In this document: piece by piece, positions 8,122 through 15,080 of the stretch
Layout: each line of letters begins with the position of its first letter
How positions within the stretch are numbered: position 1 is the stretch's first letter
From: Dehalococcoidia bacterium
GTDB lineage: Bacteria; Chloroflexota; Dehalococcoidia; DSTF01; WHTK01
Assembly: GCA_009377745.1 (NCBI GenBank)
Contig: WHTK01000012.1
Location: 11,742-75,741, forward strand
Direction: 5' to 3'
Length of the DNA stretch: 64,000 nt
The notes under the pieces: generated by a model
Database searches by the model: none
Seen by the model: only the letters and a program-made list of their open reading frames with translations
Told to the model about the DNA's origin: nothing
Made by a program: the position numbers and the translations under genes

Positions 8122-8480
8122 TTACGCCGACGCTTGGGGGCGACGAGGGCGTAGCTGGCTTCGATCAGGTCGCGGGCCTGGTCGAGGGTGGCGGCGTCGT
8201 CGATGGTGATTGTGACCCAGCCCCAGCGGCCGATGTAGGAGGCCTTCTCGATGTGGGGGAACTGGGTGAGGACGGCGGCATCGTCCGGGGTGGCTTTGAC
8301 GGTGACTCTGAGGGGCAGCGAGGGGCCGGTGGCGGCGAACATCTTGGCGCCGGTCTTGTAGACGATGTCGCCCCAGGGGTAGTCCTCGTAGGCGGCGTCG
8401 AAGCTGAGGCAGTAGGTTTGGAGCGCGGTGGCGTAGGGGTGGTCGGGGAGGGCGACCGGAGGATATTTGGATTCGGGCAT
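8118..8480 (-). CDS. MmcQ/YjbR family DNA-binding protein
   Basis: Start trimmed to MPESKYPPVA. Family-typical YPWGDIVYKTGAKMFA ... ASYIGRWGWVTI. Confidence 0.75.
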   Translation of the reverse strand: MPESKYPPVALPDHPYATALQTYCLSFDAAYEDYPWGDIVYKTGAKMFAATGPSLPLRVTVKATPDDAAVLTQFPHIEKASYIGRWGWVTITIDDAATLDQARDLIEASYALVAPKRRRN

Positions 8481-8518
8481 CGGCTTGAGGTGACGGTACG
8501 TCGTCGAAGGACGTGGCG

Positions 8519-8566
8519 TCAAAGGTTGCCACGCCTTGCCTAACGGCAATGGCTCGCAACGACAGG
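8519..8566 (+). repeat. two-box repeat, family 3
   Basis: TCAAAGGTTGCCACGCC-N-GGCAATGGCTCGCAACGACAGG. Confidence 0.75.
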
Positions 8567-8682
8567 CGGGGGTTGACTGACAGAATCAAAACATTGCAGA
8601 GATGACGTGGCGTCCTTCGACAGGCTCAGGATGCTATTCGGGGTGGGTTGCCAATGGCGACGGGCAGGTGGCCGATGGGACA

Positions 8683-8727
8683 TCAAAGGTTGCTTCGCCT
8701 TGCCTGAGGGCAATGGCTCGCAATGGA
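8683..8727 (+). repeat. two-box repeat, family 3
   Basis: TCAAAGGTTGCTTCGCC-N-GGCAATGGCTCGCAATGGA. Confidence 0.75.
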
Positions 8728-8828
8728 TTAAAAAACGACACGTGGGAATCGACAGCAGATGTTCAGCGGATAAGCGGATTTGGCCCCCTTGAGACCTCAT
8801 TCATTCTCTGACAAGACGGACGTTGGTG

Positions 8829-8869
8829 TCCGAGATTGCTTCGTCGCTTGGCGCTCCTCGCAACGACAG
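8829..8869 (+). repeat. two-box repeat, family 1
   Basis: TCCGAGATTGCTTCGTCGCTTGGCGCTCCTCGCAACGACAG. Confidence 0.8.
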
Positions 8870-8970
8870 ACGGATGTTTCGGCAGCAGATAGGGACGGAT
8901 AAGCGGATGGGCAAATACGGTGGACAGGGTTCAATGCCTGACGGCTCAGCATCCGCTGTCGAATGAATCT

Positions 8971-10266
8971 CTAGATCAGCAGGGGGAGGGCGTCGGCGGC
9001 GGTGGTGCCCTGGAGGGACCAGGCGGTAGCGTGGTCGATGTGGACGGTGGTGACGTCGCCGATGGCGGTGTCGCCGACGAAATGGACGAGCTTGTTGGAG
9101 CGGGTGCGGCCGAACCAGCGGCCGTCGCGGCGGCCTTCGACAAGGACTTCCTGCTCCGTGCCTTCAAGGCGGAGATTGATGGCTTCGGAGACGCGGGCTT
9201 CCAGCTCTTCGATGGCGTGGAGGCGGGCCTTCTTGACCTCGAGCGGGACGTCGTCTTCGAGTTGGCGGAAGGCGATGGTGCCGGGCCGGGGTGAGTAGGC
9301 GGCGACGTGGACCTTGTCGAAGCGGATGTCGGAGAGGAGTTGGAGGGTCTCGGCGAACTCGGCATCAGTCTCGCCGCAGAAGCCAACGATGACGTCGGTA
9401 GTGATCGAGGCCTGGGGCATGAGGTCGCGGATGAGGTCGACCTTCTCGCGGTACTCGGCGATGGTGTAGCCGCGGCGCATGCGGTCGAGGACGGGGTCGG
9501 AGCCGGCCTGGACGGGGATGTTGAAGAACTCGCAGACCTTGGGCAGATCGCGGACGGCCTCGATGATGCGGGGCGTCATGTCCTTGGGGTAGGAGGTGAG
9601 GAAGCGGATGCGCTCCAGGTTGGGCAGCTCGTGCAGGGCGGTCATGAGGTCTGCGAGGTCGGGCTTGCCGGGCAGGTCGTGGCCGTAGGCTTCGACGGTC
9701 TGGCCGAGGAGTGTGACTTCGCGGACGTCGCCGTGGACGGCGTGGGCGACCTCTTCCTTGATCTCGATGAGGGGGCGCGAGGCTTCGCGGCCGCGGCGGT
9801 AGGGGACGATGCAGTAGGTGCAGAACTTGTCGCAGCCGTGGATTACGGGCACGTAAGCGGTGGGGCCGCTGGGCGCGGGGAAGGTCGCGGGCCAGAACTC
9901 GCCGCCGTCGTCCTGGGTGAGGCCGAGGGTCTCGAAGATGCCCTCGAAGGCCTGGGGGCGGGCGAAGTGGTCGACGTAGGGGAAGCGCTTGCGGAGGTCG
10001 TCGTCTTTAGGGCCGACCATGCAGCCCATGACGACGATGCGGAAGCCGGCGCCCTGACGCTTGAGGACCTTGAGGCGGCCGAGCTTGCTGACGGCGCGAT
10101 GCTCGGCGCTGTCGCGGACGACGCAGGTGTTGAGGACGACGAGGTCGGCGTCATCGGTGGACTCGGTGGGGAGCCAGCCGAAGCGGTCGAGGCCGGCGGC
10201 AAGCTTCGCGGAGTCGGCGACGTTCATCTGACAGCCTTCGGTCCAGATGTGATAGCGCTGGGTCAT
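8971..10266 (-). CDS. miaB: tRNA-2-methylthio-N6-dimethylallyladenosine synthase MiaB
   Basis: 431 aa. N-terminal MTTase domain (TEGCQMN ... LNTCVVR), radical-SAM CxxxCxxC (CDKFCTYCIVP) and a C-terminal TRAM-like region. Confidence 0.93.
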   Translation of the reverse strand: MTQRYHIWTEGCQMNVADSAKLAAGLDRFGWLPTESTDDADLVVLNTCVVRDSAEHRAVSKLGRLKVLKRQGAGFRIVVMGCMVGPKDDDLRKRFPYVDHFARPQAFEGIFETLGLTQDDGGEFWPATFPAPSGPTAYVPVIHGCDKFCTYCIVPYRRGREASRPLIEIKEEVAHAVHGDVREVTLLGQTVEAYGHDLPGKPDLADLMTALHELPNLERIRFLTSYPKDMTPRIIEAVRDLPKVCEFFNIPVQAGSDPVLDRMRRGYTIAEYREKVDLIRDLMPQASITTDVIVGFCGETDAEFAETLQLLSDIRFDKVHVAAYSPRPGTIAFRQLEDDVPLEVKKARLHAIEELEARVSEAINLRLEGTEQEVLVEGRRDGRWFGRTRSNKLVHFVGDTAIGDVTTVHIDHATAWSLQGTTAADALPLLI

Positions 10267-10329
10267 GGGAGAAGGATACGGGATCGGCGGGCGGCAGTCA
10301 GCTTTGGAGGTTGGGAGTTAGAGGTTGGA

Positions 10330-10566
10330 GGCGGCAGTCAGCGTTGTCGGGCGTTGTGGGCAAGATGGGGGCTTAGCCCGAGATTGCTTCGGCCTTGGGT
10401 GCCTCGCAAAGACAGGCGGGAGATGTGATGGCTCTGCGGCCGAGGTAGAGGGATTGAGCGGCGGCAGTCAGCGTTGTTAGGGCGTCGTGGGCAAGATGGG
10501 GCCTTAGCCCGAGATTGCTTCGGCCTGAGGGCCTCGCAAAGACAAGCGGGAGTGTGATGGCTCTGC
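10330..10566 (+). repeat. tandem duplication, about 107-nt unit with 130-nt period (two copies); each copy embeds a family-1 repeat
   Basis: The units at 10330-10437 and 10460-10566 share GGCGGCAGTCAGCGTTGT..GGGCAAGATGGGG..CCCGAGATTGCTTCGGCC..GCCTCGCAAAGACA.GCGGGAG.TGTGATGGCTCTGC. The family-1 cores are at 10377-10415 and 10508-10545. Confidence 0.8.
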
Positions 10567-10736
10567 ATGGCTGAGGAGGACATCGTGGCTCTGGCTTTAG
10601 GCTGGCGACATTAGCCTGAGACTATGAGCGGACTGGCGGTGAGGATTGCGACGGTTGCAGCATGGGCGTTGCTCATCATGCTGCTGGTGCTGTTCCTGTT
10701 GATCGCCGTCTGAGGGCAGCAAGCCCCCCGGAAGCG

Positions 10737-10826
10737 CTAGGGAACGAGCTGGCGGGATTCGGCGCCCCAGACTTCGCCGGAGCGGCCCAGGAGACGAGCG
10801 CGTCTTTCGCGGGACAGGGTGTCGCT
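10737..10826 (-). pseudogene. diverged 3'-terminal remnant of a Vgb-family beta-propeller gene
   Basis: Reverse translation gives ...RARLLGRSGEVWGAESRQLVP-stop, against ...VRQLLGRPCEVWGAESANDQLIVLRF-stop at the end of 12486-13550. A 21-nt block, GGATTCGGCGCCCCAGACTTC, is identical. Confidence 0.4.
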
Positions 10827-11020
10827 AAGGCCGGACTGCTAGATTCTTCGTCTGGCTTGCAGCCGCTCAGGAATGGCAATGGGACTGGCGCCGGGCCGAC
10901 AAGAATGATGGAACCTTCGTCCCGCGAGCCACATCTTCTGCCGGATAACTACCGTCCTACTTGGAAGAAAGCTTCTCTTGACGGAGGCGCATTCCCTGAT
11001 CCTAATAGGCGGGAACGTCT

Positions 11021-12091
11021 ATGCGCTCCGTGCTTGCCTTTCAACTCGTGTTTATGACGCTGGCCGTGCTGCTGCTCGTCGCGCCGGAGGGGGACGAGGA
11101 GGGGGTGAAAGTAGCAGCGCAGGCGACATCGGCGGCGGCCGTTGCGACGGAGCCGCCCGCACAGCCGAGCATGATCCCGGTGAGGCCCGCGCCGGGGCTG
11201 GAATGGGATCGGACGGAGACAACGCTCGTCGAGGTGGCAACCGGCCGGGCCTTCGATCTGCGAGAATCGTCCGACTACCGGATCAGACAGCCGCAGTTCT
11301 CGTCTGACAGCCGCTTCCTGGTCTATGGCAAGGAGCTGTCGGATGACAGCGCCTCGACCATTCTCGAAATCGACCTGCAGCAGCCGGATTTGACCGCCAC
11401 GACGCGGACCGACGGTTACATGGGGTGGCTATCTTCGACGGGAGGGATAGTGTTCTATCGGCATCAGCATCGGGATGGCCCCTTCATCCTCACACCCCAG
11501 GGATTAACTCATACGCTTCAGCCACCGGGACCGATCTGGACCGCCAACTGGTCACCGGACGGCAGGTGGCTGGTTTATCAGACTAGTGACCAGGATGACA
11601 ACGGCGAGTACACGATCCTGATCGCGGATGCGCTTACGGGCCGTGTGCGGATCGTCGACCATACTGAGGGCTGCCAGTGCGACTCGCACTCGCCGCCAGT
11701 CTGGTCACCGGCGGCAGACTACTTCACTTATGTAGACATCGAGCTGAGGAGATCCGGTAGAGACCTGGCCACGCCCGCGGGCAACCAGCCTACCCGTGAG
11801 ACCGACATCACCCGGTGGATAAACAGCCGGCAGTATGTGGCAGTGGATGGGTACCGGCAAGACCGCGTTAGTTTGCGTGATGTCTACGTGGTCGATTTTC
11901 AGACCGGCGGCCGTAAGAAGATACTTGAAGCCTCGCGCGGGACTGTCGAACGCAACTCGTGGTCGCCGGACGGCGGCAAGATTGCCGTAACGTTTACGGC
12001 AGACATTCGTCGCGCAGACTCGAATCCTTTCAGCCGGCGGCGACCCGTTGTACGAAGACGTGCAGGGCGCGTTCAAGGGCTGGTCATATGA
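11021..12091 (+). CDS. TolB-like WD40 beta-propeller protein, N-terminal part of a disrupted gene
   Basis: Signal/anchor MRSVLAFQLVFMTLAVLLLVA. Repeated WSPDG blades (NWSPDGRWLVYQ, VWSPAADYF, SWSPDGGKIAV). Homology moves to another frame between 11991 and 12091. Confidence 0.65.
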   Translation: MRSVLAFQLVFMTLAVLLLVAPEGDEEGVKVAAQATSAAAVATEPPAQPSMIPVRPAPGLEWDRTETTLVEVATGRAFDLRESSDYRIRQPQFSSDSRFLVYGKELSDDSASTILEIDLQQPDLTATTRTDGYMGWLSSTGGIVFYRHQHRDGPFILTPQGLTHTLQPPGPIWTANWSPDGRWLVYQTSDQDDNGEYTILIADALTGRVRIVDHTEGCQCDSHSPPVWSPAADYFTYVDIELRRSGRDLATPAGNQPTRETDITRWINSRQYVAVDGYRQDRVSLRDVYVVDFQTGGRKKILEASRGTVERNSWSPDGGKIAVTFTADIRRADSNPFSRRRPVVRRRAGRVQGLVI

Positions 12092-12716
12092 CGGCCGTTA
12101 TTTCGCGACTCACGCGGGTGACGACAGCGACTGCGCACGGTACGGCCTGCTTGTCTACCGGTCTGCCAACGGCGAACTTCTGCGTTGTATCCCGAGCAGG
12201 GGCATCAACACAGCCAACGCCGGCTTCAGTCCCGCGAGCCAGGAGATTGTCTTTCGCCGGGAGGAGCCAGTCGATCCCGGCTCGCGCCTGGTGAAGAACA
12301 ACGTCTATGTGATGGACGTCGAGACAGGACAAGAGCGCCTGCTGATCGGGGATGCACGGAGCTACTTCTATTGTCTCTTCTGGTCGCCGGACGGGCGCTG
12401 GCTGGTGCTGGCTGGTGCTGGCTGGTGCTGGCTGGTGCTGGCTGGTGCTGGCCGACTATCGCAGCTTTGGCTCGGACACCTGATGCTAGAAGCGGAGGAC
12501 GATGAGCTGGTCGTTGGCGGATTCGGCGCCCCAGACTTCACAGGGGCGGCCGAGGAGCTGGCGGACGTTGCCGGGCGTACTGGGCAGGGCGAAGGTCTCG
12601 AACTGCTGGGTCGGCGGGTCGAAGCGGTGGATGGCGTTGCCGCCGAAATCGGTGGCCCAGACCTTGTCCAGCTCATCGACGTAGACGGCGTAGGCCTGCG
12701 GGCGGTTGCCGGGTAG
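12048..12716 (+). CDS. TolB-like beta-propeller protein, C-terminal part (frameshifted; runs out of frame after a 10-bp repeat)
   Basis: Continues the propeller (GWSYDGRYFATH, GFSPASQEIVF, FWSPDGRWLVLA). After the microsatellite it reads antisense through the next gene. With 1 or 4 repeat units it would end ...LADYRSFGSDT-stop at 12483. Confidence 0.55.
   Translation: MYEDVQGAFKGWSYDGRYFATHAGDDSDCARYGLLVYRSANGELLRCIPSRGINTANAGFSPASQEIVFRREEPVDPGSRLVKNNVYVMDVETGQERLLIGDARSYFYCLFWSPDGRWLVLAGAGWCWLVLAGAGRLSQLWLGHLMLEAEDDELVVGGFGAPDFTGAAEELADVAGRTGQGEGLELLGRRVEAVDGVAAEIGGPDLVQLIDVDGVGLRAVAG
12397..12452 (+). repeat. 10-bp microsatellite (GCTGGTGCTG) x5, plus partial units
   Basis: Read directly: five perfect units at 12401-12450, preceded by GCTG and followed by GC. 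The unit length is not a multiple of 3. Confidence 0.95.
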
Positions 12717-13550
12717 TTTCCACTCCTGCCAGGCATTCGACGCAGGGTCGTAGACGCCAATCTGGCCGGCATTCCACTCGCTGACCCAGATCTTGCCCTC
12801 GGAATCGGACCAGACACGGCGGGCGCCCTGATTGGCGGTGGGCGACTTGATGACGGTGGCGCGGCCGGTCTCGGTGTCGATGCGGGCGATGTGGCTGCCG
12901 GCGAGGGATGAGTAGAATACCTGACCATCGGGCGTGGCATCGATGCCGTAGGCGCCGCGGCCGCGAGGCGCTTCGTAAACCTGCATGGCGCCGGTAGCGG
13001 GGTCGAGGCGGCCATAGTAGCCGGCCTGGCCGGTGAACCAGAGACGGCCGGCTGCATCGAAGGTGGCGGTGTTGAGGTTGACGTTGGGGTACTGGGCCGG
13101 CAGGCGGTAGACCTTGACCTCGCTGCTGGCGGGGTCGACGCGGACGATGGCGTTGAGACCGCCATCGGTGATCCAGGGCGCGCCGTCAGGGCCGACGATG
13201 ACGCCGTGGGGCGCGGAGCCGCTGCCGAGCCGGACTTCTTTGACCTCGCCGCTGGCGGGGTTGAGCCAGCCGAGGGTGCCATTGCCCTGACCCGTATACC
13301 AGACACCACCATCGGCGGCGGGCGCGACATCGTGGGGGCGGGAGCCGGCAGGGACTTCGTAGGCCTGGAGGGTGGCGGGGCGCGGGGCCGTTGGTTCGGA
13401 CGCCGGAGCGTCGATGGCGGCGGACTCGGAGGGCTGATCGGCGGCGGGGGCGTTGTTGGCCTCGGGGGCGGCTGGTGAGGGGGAGCTATCGCCGGAGCCA
13501 CAGGCGATGAGGAAGGCAGCGAGGAGAGCGATTATTGGAAATGGATTCAT
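12486..13550 (-). CDS. Vgb-family (virginiamycin B lyase-like) beta-propeller lipoprotein
   Basis: 354 aa. Lipoprotein signal MNPFPIIALLAAFLIAC. Repeated blades of the type PHGVIVGPDGAPWITD / AYGIDATPDGQVFYSS. Confidence 0.75.
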   Translation of the reverse strand: MNPFPIIALLAAFLIACGSGDSSPSPAAPEANNAPAADQPSESAAIDAPASEPTAPRPATLQAYEVPAGSRPHDVAPAADGGVWYTGQGNGTLGWLNPASGEVKEVRLGSGSAPHGVIVGPDGAPWITDGGLNAIVRVDPASSEVKVYRLPAQYPNVNLNTATFDAAGRLWFTGQAGYYGRLDPATGAMQVYEAPRGRGAYGIDATPDGQVFYSSLAGSHIARIDTETGRATVIKSPTANQGARRVWSDSEGKIWVSEWNAGQIGVYDPASNAWQEWKLPGNRPQAYAVYVDELDKVWATDFGGNAIHRFDPPTQQFETFALPSTPGNVRQLLGRPCEVWGAESANDQLIVLRF

Positions 13551-13816
13551 GCGCTTATCAAGTGATACGTCACGTCGGGCGTGGGAAGACGTTAACGGGC
13601 CGTTGCAGTCTTGTTACGAGGGTCAGATGCCACCCAGTGCGACGAGACTGGCTAGGACGACAAGGAAGGTAATGGCGACGCCGGAATAGACGTGCATCGG
13701 GTTGGTACCGACCCTGAACCTGTCTTTCTCGAGCTCTAGCCTTACCTCAGGCGACCAGTTATCGTCTGATTTGCTTTCCTAGCCAGTGGGGTGCTCGTAG
13801 TGGCTTGCGTGTCATG

Positions 13817-14074
13817 CTAACTTCCTGACTCTGGACGCACGGGCCCTAGGTCGTAGTACAGGGTTTCAGGAGCAATATCTGCGCCGTTGGGCCAAGCTAT
13901 CGTGCCCCCTTCCAACTTACACTTACGGAACTCTTTCGGCGAGCGCAGTGGTTCAAAGATCCCACCGTGAAGGAACACTTCAAGGTCAATATGACGTTTG
14001 GAGCCGTCTTCGAAGGTGAACTCCACGACATAGTCGTGGAGATGTCTAAGTTGCTTTACGTAGTACTCAGGCAT
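13817..14074 (-). CDS. DUF2442 domain protein
   Basis: 85 aa, MPEYYVKQLRHLHDYVVEFTFEDGSKRHIDL...IAWPNGADIAPETLY, typical of the family. No intact DUF4160 partner found upstream. Confidence 0.75.
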   Translation of the reverse strand: MPEYYVKQLRHLHDYVVEFTFEDGSKRHIDLEVFLHGGIFEPLRSPKEFRKCKLEGGTIAWPNGADIAPETLYYDLGPVRPESGS

Positions 14075-14425
14075 AGTCCAATGGTCAATTTGCCGAGAGG
14101 ATGCCTTACCGCGGGCCAGTTGTCAACTCAGCTCGTTGCATTTGCAGATACATGTTTACAGGCATCTCCCCGATAGTTTAAATAAGACCGCTAAGAAGAC
14201 CTGAAAGAGCAAGGGCAAACATGGCCGAACAAGACTACTTCGCAATGTTGGAGAGCTGGGGCTTGAAGGGTTGGCCTGGTATGAGTCGGGACATGCTCAC
14301 CTTTCTAAAAGACGAAACGGAATGATACTCCGGCTCCCTCACTTAACCAAATCCGTGCCCTACCGCCGGACGAACTTACGAAGCGCCTCACTCTTGATGT
14401 CTATGGAGATTGAATTTGACGTCCG

Positions 14426-15034
14426 ATGAGCGCGACAGGGGTGGAAGCTTTGAGGTCAGCGGCAGACTATCGACATATCGAAGACCGTGAAATCGAGTGG
14501 CTAATAGGACTAATAAGACGAGAGAAGGGCCCAGTCTACCTATGGGCCTTATTGGCTAAATTCTGGATTGACCGCGCTGACTATCGAGCCGATCCTTGGT
14601 ACCTGGCCCGAGCTGCCAGTGCTTGGAGGGATGCAAAGAGGCCGGACTTGGCAATTACTTCCCTAGAAGGAACGAAATCGTCTAAGGACAAGAAACTGCT
14701 TTCCGCTGCTTCGACTGTTCGGGGTGCAGCCTTTCGGGATCAGGGAATGCCCGACAGCGCCGAGCAAGAAGGATTGCAGGCCATCGCTTTAAACGATACT
14801 AGTCCACATGCATACAACTTGCTTGGTGCCCTCGCTTATGCGAGACATGAATTTGAAGAAGGTGATGAATACTTCGCCGAAGCTGAGCGCCGGGGCTCAG
14901 TAGGAGGTGATAGGCGCGATATCGAGGGCGTTTTGGAGGCCATGGCGTTTCTGGATCGACAAGCCCTTGCGGCTCACCTCCTTGGCAAAGACAGGCAGAA
15001 ATACAATTGGGTTCACAAGTACATGAAACCCTAG
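14426..15034 (+). CDS. hypothetical protein, TPR-like helical repeats
   Basis: 202-aa ORF in lower-GC DNA. Helical repeat-like segments (AYNLLGALAYARHEFEEGDEYFAEAERRG). No family recognised. Confidence 0.5.
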   Translation: MSATGVEALRSAADYRHIEDREIEWLIGLIRREKGPVYLWALLAKFWIDRADYRADPWYLARAASAWRDAKRPDLAITSLEGTKSSKDKKLLSAASTVRGAAFRDQGMPDSAEQEGLQAIALNDTSPHAYNLLGALAYARHEFEEGDEYFAEAERRGSVGGDRRDIEGVLEAMAFLDRQALAAHLLGKDRQKYNWVHKYMKP

Positions 15035-15080
15035 CGAGTCGACACAGCGCCTACTGCTGATCCCGTGTGGCCCATCCAAC

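Noticed and set aside
10330-10566. Possible CRISPR array (tandem units here and at 27497-27747).
   Set aside because: There are only two copies of each. The units are about 100 nt long, the 'spacers' are about 20-50 nt, the units contain the common two-box repeat, and no cas genes are present. They are tandem duplications, not CRISPR.
10624-10713. 29-codon hydrophobic ORF (MSGLAVRIATVAAWALLIMLLVLFLLIAV), and a 24-codon one on the minus strand at 13623-13697 (MHVYSGVAITFLVVLASLVALGGI). Both are possible type I toxin-like peptides.
   Set aside because: Neither has a convincing Shine-Dalgarno sequence or promoter. Short Leu/Ala/Val-rich ORFs arise easily by chance in GC-rich DNA. Only the 26518-26604 ORF has supporting signals.
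6938-12560. Integron-like gene cassettes as an explanation for the inserted genes flanked by duplicated gene 3' ends.
   Set aside because: There is no intI-like integrase and no attC-type imperfect palindromes at the junctions. The inserts are convergent with the target genes rather than in a unidirectional array.
14075-14180. Degraded DUF4160 partner upstream of the DUF2442 gene (short ORF MPVNMYLQMQRAELTTGPR).
   Set aside because: It resembles the family only in the first two residues and an MY dipeptide, and the His-rich core motif is absent. That is not enough to call a pseudogene.
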